A DNA stretch of 64,000 nt from assembly GCA_028287465.1 (NCBI GenBank), contig JAQBPO010000050.1, positions 182,743-246,742 on the forward strand, read 5' to 3'. The first letter of the stretch is position 1; each line of letters starts with the position of its first letter. Positions 56,440 through 64,000 of this stretch are shown here, in pieces. The notes beneath the pieces were generated by a model, which was not told where the DNA came from, made no database searches, and worked only from the letters and a program-made list of their open reading frames with translations. A program made the position numbers and the translations under genes. Source of the DNA: Fibrobacterota bacterium. Its GTDB lineage: Bacteria; Fibrobacterota; Fibrobacteria; UBA11236.

Positions 56440-57339
56440 TCATACCTTTTCAACCTGCCCCTTGCCCAGGATGCCCGATGGCTTGAACAGGAGGATGACG
56501 ATGAGGATCAGGAAGGCGATGGCGTCCCGGTAAGTGGAACTCCCGTAGCCGGCCACCATCACCTCGGCCAGGCCGAGGATCAGGCCGCCCAGCACGGCCC
56601 CGAAGATGTTGCCGATGCCGCCGAGCACGGCGGCCACGAAGGCCTTGAGCCCGGTCATCACGCCCATGAGGGGATCGATGCCTGGGATGTTGATGGAGAC
56701 CAGGATGCCGCCCGCGGCCGCCAGGGCCGAACCCAGGGCGAAGGTCAGGGCGATGATGCGATCGGTATTGATGCCCATCAGCTTGGCCGCATCCAGATTG
56801 AAGGAGACGGCGCGCATGGCCTTACCCGTGCGGCTGCGGTAGATGAAGAGATTGAGCAGGATCATCAGGGCCAGGGCGGTGAAAAGCACGATCAACTGCT
56901 GGTTGGTCACCATCAGACCGCCCATCTGGACATGGGTCTCCGGGATGAGCTGGGGGAAGAACTTGGGATCCGCGCCGAAGAAGAGCTGGCCCGCGTTCTC
57001 GATGAGCAGGGACACGCCGATGGCGATGATGAGCAGGGTCAGACGCGAGGCCTTCCGGACCGGTCGGTAGGCCAGGCGCTCCATCACCATGCCCACCAGG
57101 GCGCAACCGATCATGGACAGCAGCATGACGACCGCGGCGTCCAGGATATGGCTCGGGGTCTTGCCCTGGACGGCGCGCGAGAGGTAATACCCGAAATACG
57201 CCCCCAGCATGTAGACGTCGCCATGGGCGAAGTTGATGAGGCGCAGCACCCCGTAGACCATGGTATAGCCCAAGGCCACGAGGGCATAGATGCTCCCGAG
57301 GGAGATCCCGTTGATCAGCTGCTGAAGGAAGCTTTCCAT
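56440..57339 (-). CDS. livH: Branched-chain amino acid ABC transporter permease LivH
   Basis: LivH-type blocks are LINGISLGSIYALVALGYTMVYG and INFAHGDVYMLGAY. Confidence 0.9.
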   Translation of the reverse strand: MESFLQQLINGISLGSIYALVALGYTMVYGVLRLINFAHGDVYMLGAYFGYYLSRAVQGKTPSHILDAAVVMLLSMIGCALVGMVMERLAYRPVRKASRLTLLIIAIGVSLLIENAGQLFFGADPKFFPQLIPETHVQMGGLMVTNQQLIVLFTALALMILLNLFIYRSRTGKAMRAVSFNLDAAKLMGINTDRIIALTFALGSALAAAGGILVSINIPGIDPLMGVMTGLKAFVAAVLGGIGNIFGAVLGGLILGLAEVMVAGYGSSTYRDAIAFLILIVILLFKPSGILGKGQVEKV

Positions 57340-57375
57340 GCCTGGGGGCTTTGCCGGCGGGGCCGCGTTCCGCCC

Positions 57376-58569
57376 TCAGGGCGAAACGGTTTCCTTGAAC
57401 ACGTTCTTGCCGTTGCCCTTGGCGTCCACCACCACTTCGAGCACCACCGCCGGTTTCACGGCATTGCGGTTCTCGTCCAAGGTGGTATTACCCGTAACGC
57501 CCATGAACCCCTTGGTCTGGGCCAGGGCGTCGCGGACGCTGTCCGGCCTGGTGCTGTTGGCGCGCTTCATGGCATCGGCGAGGATGAGGGCGGCATCGTA
57601 GCCCAAGGCCGCCATGGCATCGGGGATGCTGTCCGAGGTGCCCTTGTACTTGGCCTTGTAGTCGGCCACGAACTTCTGCAGGATGGGGCTCGGGTCGTCC
57701 ACGGAGTAATGGTTGGAGTAATAGCAACCGTTGAGGGCGTCGCCGCCGATTTCCCAGAGCTTGGAGGAATCCCAGCCGTCCCCGCCCAGGAGGGTCACCT
57801 TGATGCCCAGCTTGCGGGCCTGGCGGGCCAGGAGCCCCACTTCAGTATAGTAGCCGGGCACGAAGATGCCGTCCGGATTCTTGGCCTTGATGGCGGTGAG
57901 CTGGGCGGTGAAGTCCTTATCGCCCTGGCTGTAGCTTATATCCGTGACGATGGTGCCGCCCATCTTGGTGAAGTTCTCCACGAAGAAGTTGGCGAGGCCC
58001 ACGGAGTAGTCGCTCTTGATGTCGCGCAAAACGGCCACGTTCTTGAGCTTGAGGGTATTGGTCGCGAACTTGGCCATTACCAGGCCCTGGAAGGGGTCGA
58101 TGAAGCAGACGCGGAAGATATAGTCGCCTACCGCCGTCACCTTGGGATTGGTCGACCCCGGGCTGATCATGGGGATGCGGTTCTGCTGGGCCACGGGGGC
58201 GGCCGCGAGACTGTTGGAAGATGCGATCTCGCCGAGCACGGCCACGACGCGATCCTTGTTGATGAGCTTGGTAACCGCGGTCTGGGCCTCGATGGGATTG
58301 CCCTGATCGTCCTCGACGAGGACCTTGAGCTTCTTCCCGAGCACGCCGCCGCTGGCGTTGATGGCGTCCACGGCCATTTCGATGCCCTTCTGGGCGCTCT
58401 GGCCGAAGGTGGCGGTGGCGCCGGTGAGCGAACCGTAATGGCCGATGAGAATTTCATTGTCGGCGGAGCCCGCATCTTTTTTATTGCAAGCGGAGAGGCC
58501 GGCGAGCAAGACCATGGCCAGGACGGGAATGATGCCGGTACGGAGCGATTTCATGTTCGATAAAAACAT
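57376..58569 (-). CDS. Branched-chain amino acid ABC transporter substrate-binding lipoprotein (LivJ/LivK-like)
   Basis: The lipobox is AMVLLAGLSAC. A type I periplasmic binding fold is present (IGHYGSLTGATATFG, RVVAVLGEIASSNS). Confidence 0.9.
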   Translation of the reverse strand: MFLSNMKSLRTGIIPVLAMVLLAGLSACNKKDAGSADNEILIGHYGSLTGATATFGQSAQKGIEMAVDAINASGGVLGKKLKVLVEDDQGNPIEAQTAVTKLINKDRVVAVLGEIASSNSLAAAPVAQQNRIPMISPGSTNPKVTAVGDYIFRVCFIDPFQGLVMAKFATNTLKLKNVAVLRDIKSDYSVGLANFFVENFTKMGGTIVTDISYSQGDKDFTAQLTAIKAKNPDGIFVPGYYTEVGLLARQARKLGIKVTLLGGDGWDSSKLWEIGGDALNGCYYSNHYSVDDPSPILQKFVADYKAKYKGTSDSIPDAMAALGYDAALILADAMKRANSTRPDSVRDALAQTKGFMGVTGNTTLDENRNAVKPAVVLEVVVDAKGNGKNVFKETVSP

Positions 58570-58733
58570 AGGCGGCCTTTGCTTTGGGTTGGGTTGAAAG
58601 TCTTCGCGGCGTTACTGGGACGTAACCGGATGCTTTCCATAAAAAAGACCCTTCTCGGCGTCTCCACGGCGGGATTCGGGCAGGGCAAAAGATAGTTTTA
58701 TATTTTAGGAAGCAATCGAAACCGGAGCACAAA

Positions 58734-59453
58734 ATGATTCCCGTCAAATCCAAATCCCTCATGCCCCTGGCCCTTCTCACCGTGGCCTTGGTGCTGGGCG
58801 GATGCGGCTACAATACCCTCCAATCCAAGGATGAGGATACCAAGGCCGCCTGGTCCGAGGTCGTCAACCAATACCAGCGCCGGGCCGATCTCGTCCCGAA
58901 TTTGGTGAAAACCGTCCAGGGCTATGCCAGCCATGAGAAGGAAGTCCTGACCCAGGTGACCGAAGCCCGCGCCCGCGTGGGTTCCATCCAGGCCACCCCC
59001 GACCTGGTCAACGACCAGGAGGCCATGAACAAGTTCATCGCCGCCCAGCGCAGCATGACCGGGGCCTTGAGCCGGTTGATGGTCGTGGCCGAGAACTATC
59101 CCAATATCAAGGCGGACGCCTCCTTCCGGGATCTCCAGGCCCAATTGGAAGGCACGGAAAATCGCATCGCCGTGGCCCGCAACCGCTATATCGCATCCAT
59201 CCGGGATTTCAACGTCCAGGTCCGTTCCTTCCCTTCCAACCTGACCGCCAAATGGCTGGGCATGCATCCCAAGGCCAATTTCACCGTGGAAGATGAGGGC
59301 GCCATCTCCAAGGCCCCGACCGTGGACTTCGGGACGCCGCCTCCGGCCCCGGCCGTTCCGGCGCCCGGGACGCAACCGGCCCCCGGTACGGCCACGCCGC
59401 AATCCGCTCCTGCGGGCAATCCGCCCAAGACGACGGAACCCGCAACCCGTTGA
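58734..59453 (+). CDS. lemA: LemA family lipoprotein
   Basis: The lipobox is ALVLGGC. The LemA core reads WSEVVNQYQRRADLVPNLVKTVQGYASHEKEVL...FRDLQAQLEGTENRIAVARNRY. A Pro/Ala-rich C-terminus follows. Confidence 0.85.
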   Translation: MIPVKSKSLMPLALLTVALVLGGCGYNTLQSKDEDTKAAWSEVVNQYQRRADLVPNLVKTVQGYASHEKEVLTQVTEARARVGSIQATPDLVNDQEAMNKFIAAQRSMTGALSRLMVVAENYPNIKADASFRDLQAQLEGTENRIAVARNRYIASIRDFNVQVRSFPSNLTAKWLGMHPKANFTVEDEGAISKAPTVDFGTPPPAPAVPAPGTQPAPGTATPQSAPAGNPPKTTEPATR

Positions 59454-60361
59454 TCCGAACGCGCGCCCGAGGGTACATGATCCGTTTCCTGGCCCTCCTC
59501 CTTCTGCTTATCCTCCCGCGGGCCTTCGCCACGGAGTATGTCGCCGTTCCGGAATTGACCGGTCACGTGGTCGATCTCACGGGAACCCTGTCCTCCGAAG
59601 ATGCGTCGCGGCTGGAATCCCAGCTCATCGCCTTCGAGGCCCAAAAGGGCAGCCAGATCGCCGTCCTGATCGTCCCCACCACCCAGCCGGAAGCCATCGA
59701 GCAATATTCCATCCGCGTGGCGGACAAGTGGAAGCTCGGCCGTAAAAAGGAGGATGACGGCGTCATCCTGCTGGTGGCCAAGCAGGACCGTTCCCTGCGG
59801 CTCGAGGTCGGGTATGGGCTGGAAGGCGCGCTTTCCGATCTGGTTTCCAAACGCATCATCAGCGAAATCATCACTCCGCATTTGCAACAGGGCGATTTCG
59901 CCGGGGGCATCCAGGCGGGCGTGGACGCCATCGAAAAGGTGGTCCAGGGCGAAGCCTTGCCTCCCCCCGAACGCAGGCCGGTCCCGGGACGCGGCCACGG
60001 TCAGGGCGGCGGTTTCGGCATGGGACTGCTGGTTTTGGCCTTCTTCATATCCAGCGCCCTGCGCGCGGGGATGGGCCGCATGCGCGGCGGGATCTTCTCC
60101 GGCGGGCTGGTCGGAGCCTTGGCGTACTTCATGCTCGGCTCCCTCTTGCTGGGCGCTGTGGCGGGCGTTGTGGCCCTGCTCTTCACCATGATGGGCGGAG
60201 GAGGTGGAGGCGGCTTCGGCAACCGGCGCGGCGGCGGTTTCGGCGGCGGCATGGGAGGCTTCGGCGGATTCGGGGGCGGCGGCTTTGGCGGTGGCGGTGG
60301 CGGGGGGTTCGGCGGCGGCGGCGGCGGATTCGGCGGCGGCGGCGCGTCGGGAAAGTGGTAG
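59450..60361 (+). CDS. TPM domain (YgcG-like) protein with a C-terminal TM helix and a Gly/Phe repeat tail
   Basis: A signal peptide is present. The TPM core reads VVDLTGTLSSEDASRLESQLIAFEAQKGSQIAVLIV...ILLVAKQDRSLRLEVGYGLEG. The TM helix is followed by GGGFGGGGGGGFGGGGGGFGGGG. The true start may be the second Met at 59477. Confidence 0.8.
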   Translation: MIRTRARGYMIRFLALLLLLILPRAFATEYVAVPELTGHVVDLTGTLSSEDASRLESQLIAFEAQKGSQIAVLIVPTTQPEAIEQYSIRVADKWKLGRKKEDDGVILLVAKQDRSLRLEVGYGLEGALSDLVSKRIISEIITPHLQQGDFAGGIQAGVDAIEKVVQGEALPPPERRPVPGRGHGQGGGFGMGLLVLAFFISSALRAGMGRMRGGIFSGGLVGALAYFMLGSLLLGAVAGVVALLFTMMGGGGGGGFGNRRGGGFGGGMGGFGGFGGGGFGGGGGGGFGGGGGGFGGGGASGKW

Positions 60362-60864
60362 CCATGGATTGGAAACGGACGGCCAGGCATCTTTGGACCG
60401 GCAAGCCCGAGGTGGAAACCCTCTTTCCCCCGGCTTCCCTGGAACGGATCACCGCGGCCATCGCGGCTTCGGAGGCGGGCCATCACGGGGAAATCCGTTT
60501 CGCCGTGGAAGGCTCCCTGGACCTCATGCCCCTCTTTTCGGGGGTAACCGCGCGGGAACGGGCCGTCCAGGTCTTCTCGCAATTGCGCGTCTGGGATACC
60601 GAGGAGAACAACGGGATCCTGATCTACCTCCTGGTCGCGGACCGGGACGTGGAGATCCTGGCGGACCGGGGCGTGCACGCCAAGGTGGGCCCGGCGGGCT
60701 GGGAGGAGATCTGCAAGGCCATGGAGGCGGAGTTCCGCCAGGGCCGATTCGAGGCCGGGGTGATCCAGGGCATCCAAGCGGTCGGAAAGCACCTCTCGAC
60801 GCATTTCCCGCTTACCGGCGCCCAGGACGTGAACGAACTTCCGGATAGCCCGGTCATCCTTTAG
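60355..60864 (+). CDS. Cytoplasmic TPM-domain protein, third member of the LemA/TPM/TPM cluster
   Basis: TPM-like blocks are GEIRFAVEGSL and ILIYLLVADRDVEILADRG. The start overlaps the upstream stop. Confidence 0.7.
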   Translation: MVAMDWKRTARHLWTGKPEVETLFPPASLERITAAIAASEAGHHGEIRFAVEGSLDLMPLFSGVTARERAVQVFSQLRVWDTEENNGILIYLLVADRDVEILADRGVHAKVGPAGWEEICKAMEAEFRQGRFEAGVIQGIQAVGKHLSTHFPLTGAQDVNELPDSPVIL

Positions 60865-60940
60865 CCGCCTCCGGAAGCGATCGGCGCCGTCCCTCGACGC
60901 CGGCCGGAATCCTTCCTTCCTACCGTACAAATGAAAAGCG

Positions 60941-60996
60941 AACCCTCTGGGGTTCGCCCGAACCCTCTGGGGTTCGCCCGAACCCTTTCGGGTCCG
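60941..60996. repeat. Tandem 20-nt direct repeat (about 2.8 copies), each unit an internal hairpin
   Basis: The unit AACCCTCTGGGGTTCGCCCG occurs at 60941-60960 and 60961-80, and a degenerate copy lies at 60981-96. The stem CGAACCC/GGGTTCG spans each unit junction. It sits in the convergent intergenic region between the gene ends at 60864 (+) and 61123 (-). Confidence 0.6.
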
Positions 60997-61122
60997 ATTG
61001 CGTGCCGGCCTGCGCGGCCCGATCCTCGCCGCGGCCTCCTCCCCGTGAAGGGAGCGACCGCGGCGGCTTCGCCGGGGGAGTCAGACGGGTCCCGGCGAAA
61101 TGATCCGGAATCAACCCATCGG

Positions 61123-62475
61123 TTAAGGAACCACCGCGCCGTTCTTGGTGAATTCCACCTTCACGGTATTGCCTTCCGGGCCGGTGAATTCTGCGGAGAA
61201 GCCGCTCGGGGAGAAGGAGCCTTTCAGGCTGGCGCTCTTGCCGTTGGCGTAGGCGACCTTGCCGTCGAAGGTGCCTTCCACGGGTTCCTGGCCGTGGGGG
61301 ATGGGCTTGGCCGACACGAAGTTGAACTCCGCGTCCCGTTCCAGGACCAGGCGCTTGGAAGTCTTGATGTGGATGGCGTAACAGACGTCATCCAGATCGC
61401 TCTTCAGATCCTGGCCCGGGTTCATCACGAATTCGATGGAGGCATGCTTCAAGGTATCGTCCTCGTTGGCGACCGTGGTCTCCAGGTGGACGATCATGGT
61501 GTCGCCCTTGACGATTTCCGAGCCGCCGGCGCGGTTCTTGAATGTGATCACGTTGGTGCGGTGCAGCCGGGTGGTTTCCTGGTAGGAGAAGCTGACGGGC
61601 TCGTCCCCGGCCTTGTCCGCGAATACCCGGATCTTGGCTTCGAAATCCGCCTTCAGGATCAGGGGGCGATCCTTGGGCTCCATTTCCGAGTACCGGGCCA
61701 GCACCAGGCAGGTCTTGGAATTGTCGGTGATGACGCCGTCGCCGTCCGCGTCCAGGAAGGCGCCCGTGCCCGTCGTAACGCCGGCCTTGGTCTTGATCCA
61801 GGTCGCTTCCAATACGGTATTGTCCTCTTCCTTGTCGAAGTCCGCGTCGGGTCCCGCTCCGATGAGCAGGGTGGTCTTTTCGACTGCGCCGTTCTCCTCC
61901 GCGGTCAGGACCAGCTTGACCTTGTTGTCCTTGCCGGGAACCGCGGTGACCTGCTTATCGCCGTCGCCGTCCGTGAACTCGGCGGTTTCCACCTTGCCGC
62001 TCAGGTGGGTGGTGATGCGCTTGAAGGAAAGGATGGTTTCGTTGTCCTTGATCGTATCTTGCGCCTTCGCGTCCCACTTCACGATGGCGGTGTCCTTCAC
62101 CTTGGCGAGCAGCAACTGGTATTCCGCGTAGACCGTGGCGAAGCCCTTCGCGGTATCGTCGAGGTTGGCGTGGAGTTCGCCGCCCAGATCGATGTCCCCG
62201 GCCTGGGAAGCCTGTTTCTTCAGGGTGGATACGTTGGCGGAAACGCCGCCCAGGGCCTGGAGGCCGGTGGGGGCGGTGAAGGTGGTCGCCCAGTCCTTGC
62301 CCTGGGAAAAGCTTCCCGACAGGGATTGCCCGGCGACGCGGGCGTCGATGGTGGCATCGGCGAATTTCGGATCGACCGCGGCCTTGTCCTCGTTGGAGGT
62401 GACGCAGGCGCCGAGGAATAGGGCCGCGCCCATCAGGGCCGCCCAGGTGGTTTTGCGGGAGAGGGAGGGTTGCAT
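61123..62475 (-). CDS. Hypothetical lipoprotein (beta-rich, Asp/Gly/Thr-rich)
   Basis: The lipobox is AALMGAALFLGAC. I recognise no family. The start is at ATG 62475 (MQPSLSRK) or 62490. Confidence 0.65.
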   Translation of the reverse strand: MQPSLSRKTTWAALMGAALFLGACVTSNEDKAAVDPKFADATIDARVAGQSLSGSFSQGKDWATTFTAPTGLQALGGVSANVSTLKKQASQAGDIDLGGELHANLDDTAKGFATVYAEYQLLLAKVKDTAIVKWDAKAQDTIKDNETILSFKRITTHLSGKVETAEFTDGDGDKQVTAVPGKDNKVKLVLTAEENGAVEKTTLLIGAGPDADFDKEEDNTVLEATWIKTKAGVTTGTGAFLDADGDGVITDNSKTCLVLARYSEMEPKDRPLILKADFEAKIRVFADKAGDEPVSFSYQETTRLHRTNVITFKNRAGGSEIVKGDTMIVHLETTVANEDDTLKHASIEFVMNPGQDLKSDLDDVCYAIHIKTSKRLVLERDAEFNFVSAKPIPHGQEPVEGTFDGKVAYANGKSASLKGSFSPSGFSAEFTGPEGNTVKVEFTKNGAVVP

Positions 62476-62550
62476 AGAAGGTCCTTTCATGCAGGTGATT
62501 CGTAAAAGCCCGTCTGACTGTTCCGAATATACCCCATTCCCGGGCTGGAT

Positions 62551-62680
62551 GTAAAGTTAAAATAGCCCATAGATTACAAAATAGAGCTTATAAAAGGCTA
62601 AAAAATTAATTAAAGACCATTAAAAGGAGAAGTTGGAATAATTTAAAACCCGTATAACGATTACAAAAATATCTCCTTTG
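62551..62680. other. Strongly AT-rich island (about 28% GC, against roughly 67% background) in the divergent intergenic region upstream of the HtrA gene
   Basis: The sequence GTAAAGTTAAAATAGCCCATAGATTACAAAATAGAGCTTATAAAAGGCTAAAAAATTAATTAAAGACC... can be read directly. It contains the inverted repeat AAAGGAGA (about 62623-30) / TCTCCTTT (about 62670-77). The probable divergent promoter/UP-element region lies here. Confidence 0.4.
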
Positions 62681-62875
62681 GGCCCCTACTCCCGTTTTTC
62701 CGGGTGTCCACCTTCTTGGCTTCCCTTCTCCGGTGTCCATAAACCGGGCACCGTGGGATGGCGAATCCGCTTCGCTTAAGCGTATAGACCCGCCGAAACG
62801 GACTGGTACGCCCTTTGCCTTATGGTTGGGAAGCAGCGGCGACCGTGCAGGTCTACGCCTTATAAGGAGCATTTC

Positions 62876-64000
62876 ATGGGAACCATTGAACGTAAAGGCC
62901 GCCCCTTCCTGGTCCTCGCCCTGGCGGGAACGGCGGTCGCCGTCCTCGCGGCGGGAGCGCACGGAGGCAAGGCGGATCCGGACGACGACAGCATCCCGGG
63001 AAAGGGGAGCGGGCGCTTCCTGACGGGCCAGGAGGCCTGCCGCGACGTTTTCGCGGACGTCGCGGAAAAGGTCATCCCCAGCGTGGTGAGCGTGTATTCC
63101 ACGCGTAACGCCGCGCCCTGGAATGATCGCGATGACGAAGAGAACGACGATGGCGATGAGGATGGGCCCGGTCGCGGCCGACGCGGCGCGGGCCGCCATG
63201 AGAACGGGCTCGGCTCCGGCGTCATCGTCGGCCCGAACGGTCTCATCCTCACCAACAACCACGTGACCGAGAACGCCCGCTCCCTGCGCGTGCGGCTTTC
63301 GGACGATCGGGAGTTCGACGCGGAGATCATCGCCGCGGACAAGACCGCGGACCTGGCGGTGATACGCCTGAAGGGCAAACCGGGCAAGCTTCCGTCCCTT
63401 CCCTTGGGCGATTCGGAAAAGCTGAGGGTGGGGGAGTGGGTGGTGGCGGTGGGAAGCCCTTACGGCCTTTCCGAGACCGTGACCACCGGGATCATATCGG
63501 CCAAGGGCCGGCGTAATCCCGAGATGAACCCCTACGGCAACTTCATCCAGACCGACGCGGCCATCAATCCGGGTAATTCCGGCGGGGCCCTGGTCAACCT
63601 CAGGGGGGAACTTATCGGCGTGAACACGGCCATCGTATCCCAGAATGGCGGGAACACCGGCATCGGGTTCGCCATCCCCTCCAACCTGGCGAAAAAGGTG
63701 ATGGCGGAACTGGTGAAGGACGGGAAGGTGACGCGCGGCTGGCTCGGCATCTCCATCCAGACCGTGGACGGGCGGCTCGCGGAAGCGATGGATCTGAAGG
63801 CCACCAAGGGCGTCCTGGTGACTTCGGTGGCCAAGGGCGGGCCCGGGGACGCGGCCGGACTCCGGCGCGGGGACGTGATCCTGCGCATGGACGACGTGGA
63901 GACCCGCGATGCGGCGTCCCTGATGGGCGCGGTCGCGGACGCGAAGCCGGGCAAGGAGGTGGATCTGACCCTGATGCGAGGCATCAAGACCCTGGAGGTT
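62876..64000 (+). CDS. DegP/HtrA-family periplasmic serine endoprotease (trypsin-like domain plus PDZ), 3'-truncated at the window edge
   Basis: The ribosome-binding site AAGGAG sits 8 nt upstream of the ATG. A signal peptide is present. The catalytic His is in TNNHV, the Asp in DLAVIRL, and the Ser in GNSGGAL. The PDZ domain (GVLVTSVAKGGPGDAAGLRRGDVIL) follows. The frame is open to the window end, which is why it is absent from the ORF track. Confidence 0.85.
   Translation, partial: MGTIERKGRPFLVLALAGTAVAVLAAGAHGGKADPDDDSIPGKGSGRFLTGQEACRDVFADVAEKVIPSVVSVYSTRNAAPWNDRDDEENDDGDEDGPGRGRRGAGRHENGLGSGVIVGPNGLILTNNHVTENARSLRVRLSDDREFDAEIIAADKTADLAVIRLKGKPGKLPSLPLGDSEKLRVGEWVVAVGSPYGLSETVTTGIISAKGRRNPEMNPYGNFIQTDAAINPGNSGGALVNLRGELIGVNTAIVSQNGGNTGIGFAIPSNLAKKVMAELVKDGKVTRGWLGISIQTVDGRLAEAMDLKATKGVLVTSVAKGGPGDAAGLRRGDVILRMDDVETRDAASLMGAVADAKPGKEVDLTLMRGIKTLEV

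Noticed and set aside
56386-58563. 725-aa plus-strand ORF across livH/livK
   Set aside because: It is antisense to the LivH and LivK genes.
60180-60360. GGCGGCGG-type nucleotide repeats that could be mistaken for a repeat array or CRISPR
   Set aside because: They are in-frame Gly/Phe codons of the TPM protein tail. There are no spacer-like unique segments.
60931-62421. 496-aa plus-strand ORF opposite the lipoprotein gene 61123-62475
   Set aside because: It is an antisense shadow. The minus-strand frame has a lipobox signal.
62800-62850. GGGAAGCAGCGG segment resembling the conserved GGAAGCAGCC of SRP (4.5S) RNA
   Set aside because: Only a 9-nt match is present. The flanking GUCCGGAAG and the apical loop motifs of SRP RNA domain IV are absent. 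It is most likely part of the HtrA 5' UTR.
62700-62875. Search for a sigma-E (GGAACTT-N16-TCNAA) promoter upstream of the HtrA gene
   Set aside because: I found no convincing match by eye. The promoter is left unassigned.
1-64000. tRNA, rRNA, IS element, integrase or prophage genes
   Set aside because: None was recognisable. No transposase or integrase-like translation was found. No intergenic region of tRNA length has cloverleaf-compatible repeats.

Overview
This 64 kb window is high-GC (about 65-68%) and densely coding, apparently from a Gram-negative (diderm) bacterium. The diderm call rests on two TolC-type efflux operons, a PEP-CTERM (exosortase-sorted) protein, an outer-membrane barrel candidate, the LivKHMGF operon and a DegP/HtrA protease gene. 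Genes are tightly packed, and several operons show overlapping stop/start codons (ATGA or TGATG).

I found no rRNA, tRNA, CRISPR array, transposase or integrase. Many long ORFs in the six-frame track are antisense artefacts of the high GC content and are listed under rejected.

Recognisable content, start to end:
- A three-gene phosphorelay: a 5'-truncated CheR-type coiled-coil/PAS histidine kinase (HK), a single-domain response regulator, and a REC-PAS hybrid histidine kinase.
- A surface-associated module: a PEP-CTERM protein, a lipoprotein with a fibro-slime/PA14-like domain, a large multi-pass membrane protein with three internal repeats of about 66 aa, and a YihY/BrkB family protein.
- A sigma-70-family sigma factor with flanking secreted hypothetical proteins.
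- A PQQ-type sugar dehydrogenase, a sodium:solute symporter, and an ApbE FMN transferase translationally coupled to an unknown protein.
- A DUF2236 (MpaB-like) protein beside a membrane histidine kinase.
- A TetR-regulated TolC/HlyD/MFS (EmrAB-like) efflux operon and a TolC/MacA/split-MacB operon.
- An NfeD-flotillin pair, an ExoD family protein, glucose-6-phosphate isomerase (pgi), a TfoX-N family protein, and a secreted lytic-transglycosylase-like protein.
- A 1171-aa DUF349 repeat protein, a His-rich cation diffusion facilitator (CDF) transporter, a small cytochrome c lipoprotein and an outer-membrane barrel candidate.
- An N-formylglutamate amidohydrolase-family protein, PBP4/DacB, a hotdog-fold thioesterase, and glutamine-dependent NAD synthetase (NadE).
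- A DUF1835 protein with a histone-H1-like tail and a pair of ferritin-like diiron proteins.
- The LivKHMGF operon, a LemA/TPM/TPM triad, a lipoprotein, and the 5' end of a DegP/HtrA protease gene.

The most interesting unexplained items are:
- the repeat-containing membrane protein (5834-7801) and the DUF349 giant (38951-42463);
- the ApbE-coupled unknown protein (15364-16179);
- the DUF1835 protein with its lysine/alanine/proline-rich tail (50596-51714);
- the ferritin-like pair (51804-53752);
- a tandem hairpin repeat (60941-60996);
- a strongly AT-rich island upstream of the HtrA gene (62551-62680).

Every call rests on reading the translated ORFs and the DNA by eye. No database search was run.
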